A DNA stretch of 63,944 nt, the filler included, from Octopus bimaculoides (Eukaryota): NCBI RefSeq assembly GCF_001194135.2. It is 5 parts of 5 records of this genome, joined end to end, with 100 filler letters (N's around TTAATTAATTAA, not from the genome) between each part and the next. Parts side by side here need not be neighbours in the genome. Positions count along the whole stretch, not along the records: positions 1 to 27,672 come from NC_068981.1; 4 more parts are not named here. The stretch is one strand, 5' to 3'. Every line of letters starts with the position of its first letter. The stretch's first letter is position 1. Below are positions 1-12,870 of this stretch, piece after piece. The notes below the pieces were generated by a model. The model was not told the DNA's origin, made no database searches, and saw nothing but the letters and a program-made list of their open reading frames with translations. The position numbers and the translations under genes were made by a program.

Positions 1-13
1 TATATATACATAC

Positions 14-44
<31 letters not shown>

Positions 45-45
45 C

Positions 46-95
<50 letters not shown>

Positions 96-453
96 CTTCC
101 ACTTCTGTTCTAATAGGATTGCTTTGTACTTCGAGTATCTCATTACCTCTCTCCTTCTTCTCTCTCTCAATCCACTTATCTTCCCTCTTCACTCCCTCTA
201 ATCTCAATCTACTTTTCCTTTCACTCTTCCCTTATATATTCCCTAAATCTTGACACTCACCTTCCTCTCTCTTCTCCCCCCCCCCCTTCAGTTGTTCTCC
301 CCCTTTTTATCTTTCATTCGCTCTCTCTTCTAAGCCTCCTCTCCCATCCACTTGCACGTCTCTCTGTCTCAATCTTCTTTCCCACCCACTTACTCTCTTT
401 CTCCTCACGTATTCATTTCCTACCTTTCTTATTTTCCCTTTGCTCTTATCTCA

Positions 454-533
454 CACCCTCCACTGACTCACCTTTTCACCCTCCACTGACTCACCTTTTC
501 ACCCTCCACTGACTCACCTTTTCACCCTCCACT
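454..533 (+). repeat. 23-bp tandem minisatellite (CACCCTCCACTGACTCACCTTTT) x3.5
   Basis: Three exact copies at 454, 477 and 500 plus a partial copy at 523, inside a CT-rich tract. Confidence 0.95.
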
Positions 534-681
534 TGTTCGCCTCTCTTGTTCTTCCATTTTTCTCCTCTCTCACCTTCCACTTGCTCTCCTTCCACTCTCA
601 GCTTACCTCCCTCACTGTCTTAAATTACTTTTCCCTCTCCCTTCTCTAATATTCCCATCTTTTTTTTAATTTCTCTCCCTA

Positions 682-929
682 GCTCTCTCTCTCTCTCTCT
701 CCCTCTCTCTGCACTCGCGAACTCTCTTGTCTCTCCCTCCCTCCACTTGTTCGCTTCTTTCTCTCTCTACTTGCTTCCTTACTCCCCTTCCTCTCTCAAC
801 TTACTCATCTCTCCTCTCATATCCCCATCATTCCTTCGGTTTCTCGCTCTCTCTCCCTCTCTCTCTCTCGCTCTCTCTCTCCCTCTGTCTCTATCTCCCC
901 CTCTCTCTCTCTCTCTCTCTCTCCCTCTG

Positions 930-1010
<81 letters not shown>
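682..1010. repeat. (CT)n microsatellite / CT-rich tract
   Basis: Long (CT)n runs; these produce the S/L-repeat ORFs at 727-1070. Confidence 0.97.
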
Positions 1011-1011
<1 letters not shown>

Positions 1012-1990
1012 TCTGCACGAACGAACAAATCACACATATAGCTACACAACACAAAGAAGGAAGTAAATAATGACAGCGAACATGTTCTGAAGAAACTGGA
1101 AGGCTACTGATATGTGTATAGACGTGTTCCTCGGAGCTTGGGTGATAGCCGGAAAGGATTCACCCACCAACTTTATAGCTGCATCCCCGAAAAGCAACGG
1201 ATTTACCAGATCTGTAGTATAAATATGGCATAAAAGGTGAATTTATCCGTCCTTATGCACTCATCAGGCCACACTTGAACAGATTAGATAGTATTTTTTT
1301 AAATGATGGTCCTCAAGTGGAGTAACTGGCATAGAGAAGAGTTCCAACTTTGAAACCCCATGTGGAAGGCCCAATTAGGAAGGTAACAAGGCAGTCATCA
1401 AACGAGGAGATGGAAGTTCACAAATATGAAGAAATTGAAAAAAAGAAGGAAAATGAAAGCTTTTAAGAAAAGCAGCCCTAACACCAACTCCCGAAATAAT
1501 GGAAAAGGTAAAGGAACCAATTGAAAGCCTGATGAAACAGCGTTCAAAGTCAAAAGGAACACCACAGAAAGAAACAGCGAAAGAAACAATATAGTACGTG
1601 AAGTACGTACCATCTCCAAAGTTCATCTAAAATATATCTGCTGACATGAAGAGATGGGGACGAACTGATGCTTTGCACATCAAAATCTCAAGCAGAACGG
1701 AACCCATGGCAAAACGACTATCCACTTAACCAACAAGGCAGGATAAAATCACATAGAGAAAGACTCGCATCCCAGTACAGACCTGCAGTGAAGACTACTA
1801 GAAAGCTGTATACAAATGCAGTGCGGGCTGCAACCTTGAAACAGTAGAATGTTTTCAAATATGACTGGCACAAAAGATATTGTAGCAGCTGGCATGGTTG
1901 CAGACAAAACTAAGCCATGCACATCTACAAACAAGATCGCCACTAAAAAAAAAACACAGACCTAGTGTGACTACCATTGCTGAATAGCTG

Positions 1991-2535
1991 GTGATCGCAC
2001 CAATTCTTCTAATAAATATCGGAGTCCGCAACAGCAAGTACAACATTGTATACTTGAGGGATCATTTTGCATGCAATCAAATAATATGCATTGTATTTAC
2101 GGAGACGCATCTTTCTTATTTCTTTATTGCCCACAAGGGGCTAAGCATAGAGGGGACAAACAAGGGGATTAAGTCGATTACATCGACCCCAGTGCGTAAC
2201 TGGTACTTAATTTATCGACCCCGAAAGGATGAAAGGCAAAGTCGACCTCGGCGGAATTTGAACTCAGACCGTAACGGCAGACGAAATACCGCTAAGGATT
2301 TCGCCCGGCATGCTAACGTTTCTGCCAGCTCGCCGCCTTACGGAGACGCATCTTTCTGCCGACATAAACGATGCAGAAATACTCATACCAATGCATGTTG
2401 TATTCCGTGCAGACAGAAGGGAAAGAAGTCACGATGGAATTGTTGTACATTTGTGAAGATGTCACACCACTAACCCTATTGTCACCTTGAAACTCAATCT
2501 GTGACACATACACATAGTTCATTTAAAGCAACATG
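1991..2535 (+). mobile_element. Degenerate non-LTR retrotransposon ORF2 AP-endonuclease N-terminus (CR1/L2-like), interrupted by a SINE
   Basis: Removing the SINE and one TSD copy restores the frame LLINIGVRNSKYNIVYLRDHF...IVFTETHLSADINDAEILIPMHVVFRADRRERSHDGIVVHL*. This matches the APE motifs N(I/V)xG, TETHL, DAEIxIPGY and FRxDR..GG. Sequence ~1060-1990 upstream may be eroded ORF1 but could not be decoded. Confidence 0.8.
2117..2339 (-). mobile_element. OK-like tRNA-derived SINE with Tx1-type tail and target-site duplication
   Basis: Minus-strand head GGCGGCGAGCTGGCAGAAACGTTAGC, B-box-like GAGTTCAAATTCC, tail AGCCCCTTGTGGGCAATAAAGAAATA. Flanked by the direct repeat TTACGGAGACGCATCTTTCT at 2097-2116 and 2338-2357. 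Confidence 0.92.
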
Positions 2536-2559
2536 ATGTGGTAATATGCATATAATATC

Positions 2560-3294
2560 ACCTATGAAAATATCTCATTTTAACGGATGTATTTATTAAA
2601 ATTACATAAAAATATCTTGAAATACTAAAGAGTAAATTTATTCAATAAAATCGCCATTGGCTTCAACCACGGCCTCCAGACGACTTCGGAATCTCCTGCA
2701 ACTCTTCTGGGAGGTCTCATTGCTTCCATAATCCTTGCCTTCAGTTCATTTTTGGCGTTACAAGGAGTTTTGTTGGTCTCTCGTTCAACTGCGCCCCACA
2801 CATAATAATCAAGTGGGTTGTACTCTGGGGAGTTAGGCGGCCAGATTTTAGGGGTGATGTGGTTGTAGAAACAGCCATGATTAGATTCTCCTGCTTGTAT
2901 GGCATGGTGCAGAGTCCTGTTGCCAGACATGGGGTTTTTCAGCAGCCACCCTCTTGACCCGGAGCAGCACTAACTCCTCCAGGCGCTTGATGTAGGCGTC
3001 TGTGTTGAGTGTGAGGCCGAGTGGGAGGATGAATGGAGGCATAACGTCGCCATCACTAGTCATTAGTGATCACTCCAAACACCATGATGTTGATGTTTAA
3101 CTTTTATCACCTTCGGTACATGTCCTCAGATTGCACAGTCCTCACATTGACACCCAAACACCCTGAAATGTTCGTATTGGGGCTCCAGTGCGAATGCCAA
3201 TACTATGTAGTCGACAAAATAAAAAAACAAGCAATGCACATGCACGAAATTAAATATATAAAATGGCGACGATTTACCTATCGCAACCTGAATA
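2560..3294 (-). mobile_element. Tc1/mariner transposon remnant, maT/DD37D type, internally deleted
   Basis: Translates INIMVFGVI..SDGDVMPP, WQQDSAPCHTSRRI*SWL, a frameshift, then FYNHITPKIWPPNSPEYNPLDYYVWGAVERETNK. There are 34 residues between the 2nd and 3rd D plus an apparent ~8-nt deletion, consistent with D37D. An N-terminal LGVNVRTVQ piece lies near 3130-3160. Confidence 0.9.
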
Positions 3295-3427
3295 TNNNNN
3301 NNNNNNNNNNNNNNNNNNNNNNNNNNNNNNNNNNNNNNNNNNNNNNNNNNNNNNNNNNNNNNNNNNNNNNNNNNNNNNNNNNNNNNNNNNNNNNNNNNNN
3401 NNNNNNNNNNNNNNNNNACATATATAC

Positions 3428-3479
<52 letters not shown>

Positions 3480-3490
3480 TATGCACACAG

Positions 3491-3525
<35 letters not shown>

Positions 3526-4497
3526 AGCGTATGTGTCAGAATATGGAGGTGTTATTGTCAGTACGAATAGTATTGAGAATTACTTTGAGTTGGAAAGATA
3601 TTGTACTTTACACATTGCTTTTAATCAATTTAGTAGCAATACAAACAAAGCATTGTGTATGATTCAGTTCTGTATTTTAGTTGGTAATTGAAGCAATCTC
3701 ACGTTGTAACGATACATTCTGTTGTTTGTTCCAAATATTGTCGTAACTTTGGAGACGAGTCTGTTGAAAACTGAAAATGATACAAAAGCTGTGGTATGTA
3801 TGATAGTAAGTAATTAAATGTAAGAACACGAAAGTAAAATAATGTTTTTAAATGTGATTAAGACTGAGAGCTTCAGGAAAAGGGTGATAGGAATTCTCAG
3901 TTTTGTTTTCTAAAGTACATTTGCAACATAAGGAATTGCTCTAAAGGACAATCGAAACCAACTTTTGACCTTCATTCTCGTAAAGTTTCTTTGGTCATTT
4001 TCAAAACTATCTCTGGTCATTACTTACATCGCAAACTGGGATAGGTGTCAGAACACGTGGTGAATTTGACTGCTATAGACTAGTGTCCTATCCAGTGTTA
4101 CTAGTGTCCTATCTCTTAATTTCACACAGTGAAAGTGGTGAAAACATAGGGAAACCATTTCTTCAGAAATCTCTGTTCATGCTAAATATACTGGCTCTCT
4201 AAAGATCATCAACGTTAGAGTATGTATTTACAGTGGTGTATGATTAAGAACACAAGCTATACTGACTCGTTATTTTCCTTAAGAACGTTTTTTCATTGTT
4301 CCGTTGCTACAGTATTAGAGTCCAAAGCGATAGTTATAGCAAAGTCGATACTACTCACTCCAGTATGGATTATATTACTAATCAGTTTTGCTTAAATAGT
4401 TACGTATTAAATACCAACTCTGCTAAATTTCTTTACAAACAAAACATAAGGACGGTGTTTCTATTTGTTGGCCAGCAATATTTTCAACAATATGGAA

Positions 4498-4835
4498 GGC
4501 GGCGAGCTGGCAGAAAAGTTAGCATGCCGGGCGAAATGCTTAGCGACCCTGGGGTCGATTTAATCGACTTAATCCCTTTGTCTGTCCTTGTTTGTCTCCT
4601 CTATGTTTAGCCCCTTGTGGGCAATAAAGAAATAAGAAACGTTAGCACGCCCGGCGAAATGCTTAGCGGTATTTCGTCTGTCTTTACATTCTGAATTCAA
4701 ATTCCGCCGAGATAGGCTTTGCTTTTCAATCTTTCGGGTCGATACATTAAGTACCAGTTGCGTACTGGGTTCGATCTAATCGACTGAACCCCTCCCCAAA
4801 AATTTCAAGCCTTGTGCCTAGAGTAGAAAAGAATA
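4498..4835 (+). mobile_element. Two fused OK-like SINEs (internally deleted copy with Tx1-type tail, then a copy with a different tail)
   Basis: Head at 4498, tail ...CCCCTTGTGGGCAATAAAGAAATAAGAA ending at 4638, then ACGTTAGCACGCCCGGCGAAATG body and tail GCCTTGTGCCTAGAGTAGAAAAGAATA. Confidence 0.9.
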
Positions 4836-5744
4836 TTCTCAGCAATAGGACGTCATCATTATGTCTTGAAGTTTGTATTTCAGCCATTATCATCCAATAT
4901 GATTCTTTCTCATTACTACTGCTGCTAAACATTTGTGTAACTTCACGTACGAATCTTTTTTTAATCAAAACAGACAGTTAATTTTTTTGATATTCGGGAA
5001 AATAGCATTCTTTTCAACTCACAATAAACCAAAGGATTAGGAATTCAACTCCACTTTCTGAAGCGTTAAGCACTAGTCAATCACAGAATGAGATTTTTTT
5101 TTATACAGGTATCTTTCTGAAAGGATTACGTGATCTCGTTACGGCAAGCCCTTTAGTTTTCTGTCCTTACAATATTATCCCTGCTGATTATGATGTATTA
5201 CAGAACTCTAGAGATAAGTGGATTCGCCGTATCTTCTCGAAATTTGCTTTGTATGATTCTGGACCAAAATTCATTTGCTATGAGCATTATTGCCTTAGTT
5301 TTCTGCCTATTAAATCGCGACTTATTTCAAAATATCTAAATTGTTTGCCTCAGCTGCATTCAGTGTGGCGGAATGCAGAGTTCATATCCAATCAATGCTA
5401 TTGCACTGTATTCATGGCCAATATATGAATTTCTTGTACTCTGTTTCTAAAGCCGTAATTAAAAAATTTGGGGAAGAAAGTTTATGGATACAAGCCGTAG
5501 TATTATCATTCTATCACTGGTGATAGTTGCAATATTTTTCAATATTTACTTTATATCATACCATAGAACTATTACACCAGTGTGACTTGCCGCTAGCTAC
5601 AACTCATAATGACGGACTTTTCGGTGGTTATCAAATGATCCAATATATTACGTCACGCGTACTTTGTAAGGAGACAAAGAAGCCATAAAATAGAACGCTT
5701 CAAGCTACTGTCACATATTAATAACCAAAAATCTTTGAATTACA

Positions 5745-5862
5745 AGTAGCCAGATGACAGCGATAATGATGATGATTTTGGTTTGTCATAACTGTTACCA
5801 GCCTATCAACATCGTCATCGTTGTCAACCTTTACATTTTCATCATTATAATTAATAGCATTG

Positions 5863-5952
<90 letters not shown>

Positions 5953-6075
5953 TCATTATTATTGCCGTTGTTGTCATCATCATTAGAAGCATCACCAACA
6001 TGATGGTAGAGGAGATTATGTTTATGATAGTTATGGTGGTAGTAGTTGTGGTGGTGGTGATGACGATGATGAAGC
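5745..6075. repeat. Compound trinucleotide repeats (ATT)n-(AGT)n and GAT/GGT-rich tract
   Basis: Visible runs; these explain the poly-I/S/T/N ORFs. Confidence 0.95.
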
Positions 6076-7247
6076 ATTTTTTAAAATCCTACACAACTAA
6101 TGCAGCTTCTCTTTTTTATATAATCAGATGCCAGTAAGATAAATAATGTTTTCGTTTAAGTATAAGCAGTCACCGTCGACTACCGACGAACAGCCTATGG
6201 TGATGCTGTTATAATGATTATATAAGATATTACTATGCAGCGTATTAAGAGTAGCTTTATTCTGAATCTTTTAAACGAAATGTTTTCAATTTATTTTTTA
6301 AATAATATGAGGTTTCCTAATAGTTATTGACAGTGAATTCCATAAATCTGATGTGTAATACTGCAATTGTTGCTAACTAGCACCAAGAAATAATTGGAAG
6401 AGTTCAAACAAGTAAAATGAAGAAACAAATTTTGACACTTTTCTAAATTGTAAATCAGAAACTTATTTTTCAGGTATACACATTCTTTGAGCTGTGGCTA
6501 ATGAAGACTGGTTTATTTTTATCACCATTAGAATAATTATCTTTGTCGAGGTTGCCGTCATTGTTGTTGTTGGTGTCGTCACAGCCGTCGTCATCGACGT
6601 CATCATCATCATCATCATCATCACCGTCATCTTTCTCGTTGTTGTTTACATTTTTGTTTCTCTTTCGTAAGTTAATTTAAACCAGAAGGTGATATTACGT
6701 CTGCGTATTTCTTTATAATCTATGTCCGTATGTTTAATTTTGTTATGTAACTTTTGTCTGTTTGTTTTCATTTTATTTGCAGTTAAATAGTTTGTTTTGA
6801 ATTTTAGTTTCTTTAACTAATCGTATAATGTTGGTAGATCAGTCGAGTTATCAAAAAATAACATTTTAACTGTTGTAGCAGCTGAAGTCGACATTTTTCT
6901 TTTCATTTTGCTTGCGGCAGTCGTACAAATTAGCATTATCGTCATTGTTATTGGAAACATTGTCCTCATCTAGTTGTGTGATTCTTGTGAAACCACCTGT
7001 TTTCTTTATTTTCTCTTATAATAATTTCATTTTCTTTCTCTCAATCGCTGTTTCTAAAATTTTTCTTAGCATTTTATTAATATAATTTTTAAGTTCGCTA
7101 CCGTACGTGTTTTCTTTATTACTTTATCTATCCCCTCACAGAGCATTTGCTTTCTCCTATAATTCTATTCGATTTAACCTATTTTAAGGATAATTTTGGG
7201 TAACCTTTAAAAGTTTAGTATGTTTTATATTTTTGTCTGTTTTATTT

Positions 7248-7312
<65 letters not shown>

Positions 7313-8002
7313 TTCGTCTTTTTTTCTTCTTTCATCCATCTCTATTTCTTCCACTAGTTCCTTTTATTATTTCTTACATTCCACCGCCATTTTTCTTAGT
7401 TGAAATCGTCTGCTAGGCTTTCTTTTATCATTCGTCACATATATGCGGTGAAATTAAATTTTAGCTACTTATCGTTCCGTTCCTCCGTCTAGAGAATAAT
7501 TCCATTATCGTAGAAATAGTGTCTCTTTAGATGTCTGCATCATTCTATTTTCTTTCCCAATTTCGTTTTCTCTCTTTTTCTCTTTCTTTTTATCCTTTTC
7601 CCTTTTAACTCAGCTCCCACCTCTCTCCCTTTCCCTCTCTCTCTCTCTCCCCTCTCTCTCTCTCTCTCTCTCTTCATATTCTTATGTGTGCACACTTCAC
7701 GAATCTATATAGGACCCTTGTTCTCTCTATTCTTACTGCTTCATTACTATTACTACTTTGTTTTGGCTTTTCTTCGCTTTGTTCTTTTATGCCCCTCTCT
7801 CCTTTTGTTATTCCTTTCTCCATCTTATTTTCTGGCAAATATCCATATACGTACACACCCCACCTATCTATCTACCTCTTTATATATCTTCATAATCTCT
7901 TTGTTTTTATTTTATTTTTGGCATTCTCAGTCTTATGGTCTCTATCTCACCTCACTTCCCCCTCGATCATTTTACATCTCTCTCTTAATCTCTCTATTTC
8001 TC

Positions 8003-8042
<40 letters not shown>

Positions 8043-10106
8043 GTCGCTCTCTCTCTCTCTCAATCTCATTCTTGCTCACATTTTCTGTCAAGGGACTAGA
8101 ATCCAATATAAATGAACAATTCAATGTAAACGAATGACAGTTATGGATAGGATATAAAATAGCTAGAGAGCGAAAGAGACACATTCATATAGAAAATACA
8201 GCTTATACGTACATATACATATACTCAAAAACACACAAATACACACATGCATACACGCACACAACACAAGCGTATATANNNNNNNNNNNNNNNNNNNNNN
8301 NNNNNNNNNNNNNNNNNNNNNNNNNNNNNNNNNNNNNNNNNNNNNNNNNNNNNNNNNNNNNNNNNNNNNNNNNNNNNNNNNNNNNNNNNNNNNNNNNNNN
8401 NNNNNNNNNNNNNNNNNNNNNNNNNNNNNNNNNNNNNNNNNNNNNNNNNNNNNNNNNNNNNNNNNNNNNNNNNNNNNNNNNNNNNNNNNNNNNNNNNNNN
8501 NNNNNNNNNNNNNNNNNNNNNNNNNNNNNNNNNNNNNNNNNNNNNNNNNNNNNNNNNNNNNNNNNNNNNNNNNNNNNNNNNNNNNNNNNNNNNNNNNATA
8601 TATATATATATATATATACATCAACACTTATACATATATACACACGTACAAGCAAATATCGTTGCAGTCATACAAAACATACACCCATTTAAAGGCGAAT
8701 CCCAATGATGTATACATAAATATAATATACACACATATATAACTGCGAAAATATATAATCATTCACATATATACATATATATGTACATGCATGCACGCAA
8801 ACAGATGCAGACATACAATATATATCCATTTCAAAGAAAATATCAGTGAAGTACGCACAAAGATCACACACATAGTCACAGAAACACACATGTGCACGTC
8901 GTCATCTGCTCAAAATATATAAGGATATACAAAATGTTTTGGGGATATTTTTTACGTTAAATATGACTAGCAGCCAGCAAAGAAAACACAATGTGTCTAA
9001 TCGAATATACAGAAAAAAAGACTTACTTATTCACTAAAAAGAAAACTACAGAGAAATTCTTTAGTCAATATAATATGAATAAATATTTATTTATCTCATG
9101 TATTATCGTAATAAATAGAGTGGATTGTCTGACCTTTCGTGATCAGAAATAACCATCACAACTGGTAATCAGCTCCCATTGATTTCAAATAGAATCAGAA
9201 TATGAGTTGTGGCGTTCAAACCTTTCATACATGTATTAACAAAATAAGGAGAATGACTGTGGACAAGAGTGAAGCTTAGGTCGCATGCTTTGTTTTTCGA
9301 AATGTTGCCGTTTTTTATATCAATCTATTAGATACTATTTTTAACAATTTGATGAACATCAAAGACCAAAATATCAAACTCTCATGTGGATGGAGTGCGC
9401 AATGTAGTTTGATTTCCGGTTCGTTTCATTCCACTTCCTTTATGCTACAATTAACAGTCTCCAACATATGCACAAGGTCTCAAACTTCGGTGAACGTACA
9501 GTCGTTTATATCAATTTCAGTTCTAGACCGTTTCTTATTTTATCGATCAACCATCAACGTTGTCTTCGGCTGGAGTTGAACTTACAACGTAATGGAAAAC
9601 AAGAAAATATTGTAATAATAAGTTTTACCTGCCACTCAATCGATTCTGCAAATCTACTAGCTTGCTCTGAGCGACGGTAAAGTATGGACAATGTGTGTTC
9701 TAATTTTATTTCTGTTACCAGAAATCTTTGTGTTTAGATATAAGTAATGTACATTTGGATGTAAATTTAGCAGTATATTCAAGCAAAGAGAAACAAGGAG
9801 TGGGATTATGTTTTTAATTACAATCAACAGTAGTCTTAGGAAATGAGGGCTGACGTATATATCCCCAATACCAGTTGAAGGAAAGTTTATTGCAGTTAAC
9901 ATTTCCCATAGTTTTAACTGCCTCATTTAACTAATACTGGTCAGCTATGTTATACATATTTTGGTTCTTATATAGTGAGTTGCGTGGTCAGTGACATACA
10001 CGAAACTCGGAATAGCAAAAGTGTTCACAACACTACAATAAAACATCTACGTTATTCTATGCTGAATACTTTCTCCTCGTATATATATATAGATATATAT
10101 ATATAT

Positions 10107-10186
<80 letters not shown>

Positions 10187-10231
10187 ATACGTATGTGTAT
10201 ATATACATATATATATATATACATACATACA

Positions 10232-10263
<32 letters not shown>

Positions 10264-10402
10264 GGCCTCTTTAATGCAAACTGTGTATGCATGTATTTAT
10301 ATATGTATTTATTTACATGTGTATATATATATATTTATATATACATTTACATTATATATATATTTATATATATACATTCATACTTATATATATACATTCA
10401 TA

Positions 10403-10506
10403 CGGTTGGACATCTATTTTCAATTTTTACAATTGTTTCTATGCAATGTAGTTCTCCTGGCGTTGCGTAGAAACAATTGTAGTGATTGAAAATAAATGTC
10501 CAACCG
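10403..10506. mobile_element. 104-bp hairpin MITE, Tc1/mariner-type (TA-flanked)
   Basis: Arms 10401-10448 and 10461-10508 (including flanking TA) are 42/48 complementary (CGGTTGGACAT...ATGTCCAACCG) around a 12-nt loop; TA lies on both sides. Confidence 0.8.
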
Positions 10507-11214
10507 TACCCCTTCTTGCTGACTTCAATTTTTTCAATTGTTTATTCACACATCACAGAAACCCAAACGCAAACCTGGAAGTACGTATGATATTACTACT
10601 GGATAGCACAGGGTGAAATCTGAAGGTGGACGAGCTTTATACTGTACTACGTTCTTAACAGAATATACCATAACTACTTATAAACGTGTGTGTGTGACTG
10701 AGAGTGTGTGTGTGAGTGTGTGTGTGTAGGTGTGTGCACAGATGAGCACATAAGTGCAAAATAAAGTGGAAAAAATAGTACTCGAATATCAAAGGTAGAG
10801 TAATATGTTTTTACTAAAGTTGCAAAATTATCTCTAAAACTGTGACTCAAAGTTTCGGGTTCTCGTTCGTCAGACAATTGTGATGAAATATAGCATGATG
10901 CAATCTAATTCAGATACACAAATAAGCATTTAAATTTGATTGGGTAGTTGATTTTCAAAACAACGGCGTTATATTTGTTATCGACTGGGAGGTTTTGAAA
11001 ATTAACAGTAAGGTATATGTAAATATGAATATTATGATAAGGTCGAAAACACCTTGCTTAGAGCGAGGGGAAATCCAGAAAATAATTAATTAAATTAATT
11101 AATTGATAATAATTGGTTAATATTGAAGTGGGATTGTGAGACGGATATTCAAAATACGTATATGTGTGTATAAATAAATAAATAAATAAATATATATATA
11201 CATATATATTTTTT

Positions 11215-11385
11215 TAGTCCTTGTTTTTCTCCTTGCTTTTCTCCTTATTTCTTTCTGTTGAAGAGCGTAGATCGAAACATTGAAGACTTTCTCTATTCCC
11301 GAGCGTTAAACTAATACATCCTTTTGTTGTTTACACCACCTGTCCTCGTCCGTTGTTGTTTATTTTTTTCGTAAATTCTCCCATA
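11215..11385 (+). mobile_element. Penelope-type pLTR-like repeat with degenerate hammerhead motif
   Basis: Closely similar to 60500-60645 (CTGTTGAAGAGCGTAG..CGAAAC..AAGACTTT..ATTCCCGAGCGT..TTTACACCACCTGTCCTCGTC..TTCTCCCATATA) and adjacent to the Penelope RT. Confidence 0.7.
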
Positions 11386-11429
11386 TATATATATATATAT
11401 ATATATATGAGATTAAGGTGAAAAAGCGC

Positions 11430-12035
11430 AGAAATCTGATGTAGATAAAGATTACTTAATCAATCCATTACGTGGGAATATAAGGTAATATTTTTAGAGT
11501 GGCTTTGGTGTTTGTATATTAATTCTTTTTGCACGTTTTATCCTATCATCTATAAGCGAAGTTGAGTAGTGTCTATCGACGAGTATGTTTTTAAGTTCTC
11601 GTAGTCTGAGTTCTCTGGTGTGTTTTTTTCCGACACTATAGTACTGATTCTTCACACTAGATTGAGTGGGATATTTATTTTAATATGTCTCGGATGGAAT
11701 GAGCTGAATAAGTATTGTTTCGAGTTTGTAGTTTTGTAAAATATGTCGGTTTCTATTTTTTTATTTACTTTTTTATTAGTATATCCAGAAAAGGGAGTTT
11801 TTTTCTGTTGTGCTCCATTGTGAATTGGATATTTGTATTTATGTTATTGAGAAGTCTTTTGAATTTCAAAAGTTTCTCCATGTTCTCATTCCGTTGAATG
11901 AAACAGTCATCCAAATGTCTTTTTCAATTGTCCTTTATATGTTGGGAAAGAAGATTTCCGAATTTTGTGTGTGACTCCTGCTAGTTCCAAATAGCCCATT
12001 ATCAGGTTTGCAAGAACGGGGGCTGCCTTGGTATA
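11430..12035 (-). mobile_element. Penelope-like element reverse transcriptase fragment (frameshifted)
   Basis: TKAAPVLANLIMGYLE..., a frameshift, then RHLDDCFI...LNNINTNIQFTMEHNRKKLPFLDILI...ETDIFYKTTNSKQYLFSSFHPRHIKINIP. These are the diagnostic PLE RT/thumb motifs (R(Y)xDD, QFTxE, LPFLD, TDIxYKxT, HPxHxK). Confidence 0.92.
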
Positions 12036-12154
12036 TATATATATATATACATGCACGCGAGCGTGTGTGTGTGTGTGTGTGTGTGTGNNNNNNNNNNNNN
12101 NNNNNNNNNNNNNNNNNNNNNNNNNNNNNNNNNNNNNNNNNNNNNNNNNNNNNN

Positions 12155-12222
<68 letters not shown>

Positions 12223-12689
12223 ATATGCATAGCTACTCCATTTTCTATATACATATGATATTGTAATGGATAAGAATTATAATCTATGTAAATGCATTGC
12301 GAAGCAAACACTAGATCTATTTATATATTCTCGAAAATTTAAACATATACGTTGACAGTATTCTGAAATTCAAAATTATTTATTCCTTTAATAACGTAGG
12401 AAAACCATAAATTGCTTAGTTGCATATTAGAGTCCCAAAATGATATAACAGATCACGAATTTATATAAATAAAGAGATATATATATATACATACATACAT
12501 ACATACATTCATACATGCATACATACATACATACATACATACATACATACATACACACATACATACATACATACAAACATATACACGCTCTCCCTTCGAT
12601 TTCGACATATGAGTAGCCAATTGTCTGAACACCTGAGCGACCAAATTTTTGAATTAATCTAAGGCTGACAGAGTACTCCACGAACAGAT

Positions 12690-12870
12690 ATTCTCTTAAT
12701 ACTCAGTAGAATCAGAGCGACACAACTGGGCAATTACAAGTATACTCGACAGGCTACTACAAATTACATCTACCCAATTTTGCTCAAGAGGTTTGGGTCG
12801 AAACGAGAAATGGCACAGGGTGGTATCCAATCAGAGACCTCATGTTTATAGATGCTAATTTCTTAACCAT
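12690..12870 (-). mobile_element. Highly diverged OR-like SINE
   Basis: Weak similarity to the OR head/core on the minus strand (..TTTGGGTCGA..). Confidence 0.45.

Noticed and set aside
3681-3793. Plus-strand exon with good acceptor and GTATGT donor
   Set aside because: Stops in all three frames from the acceptor and no ATG for the hydrophobic frame.
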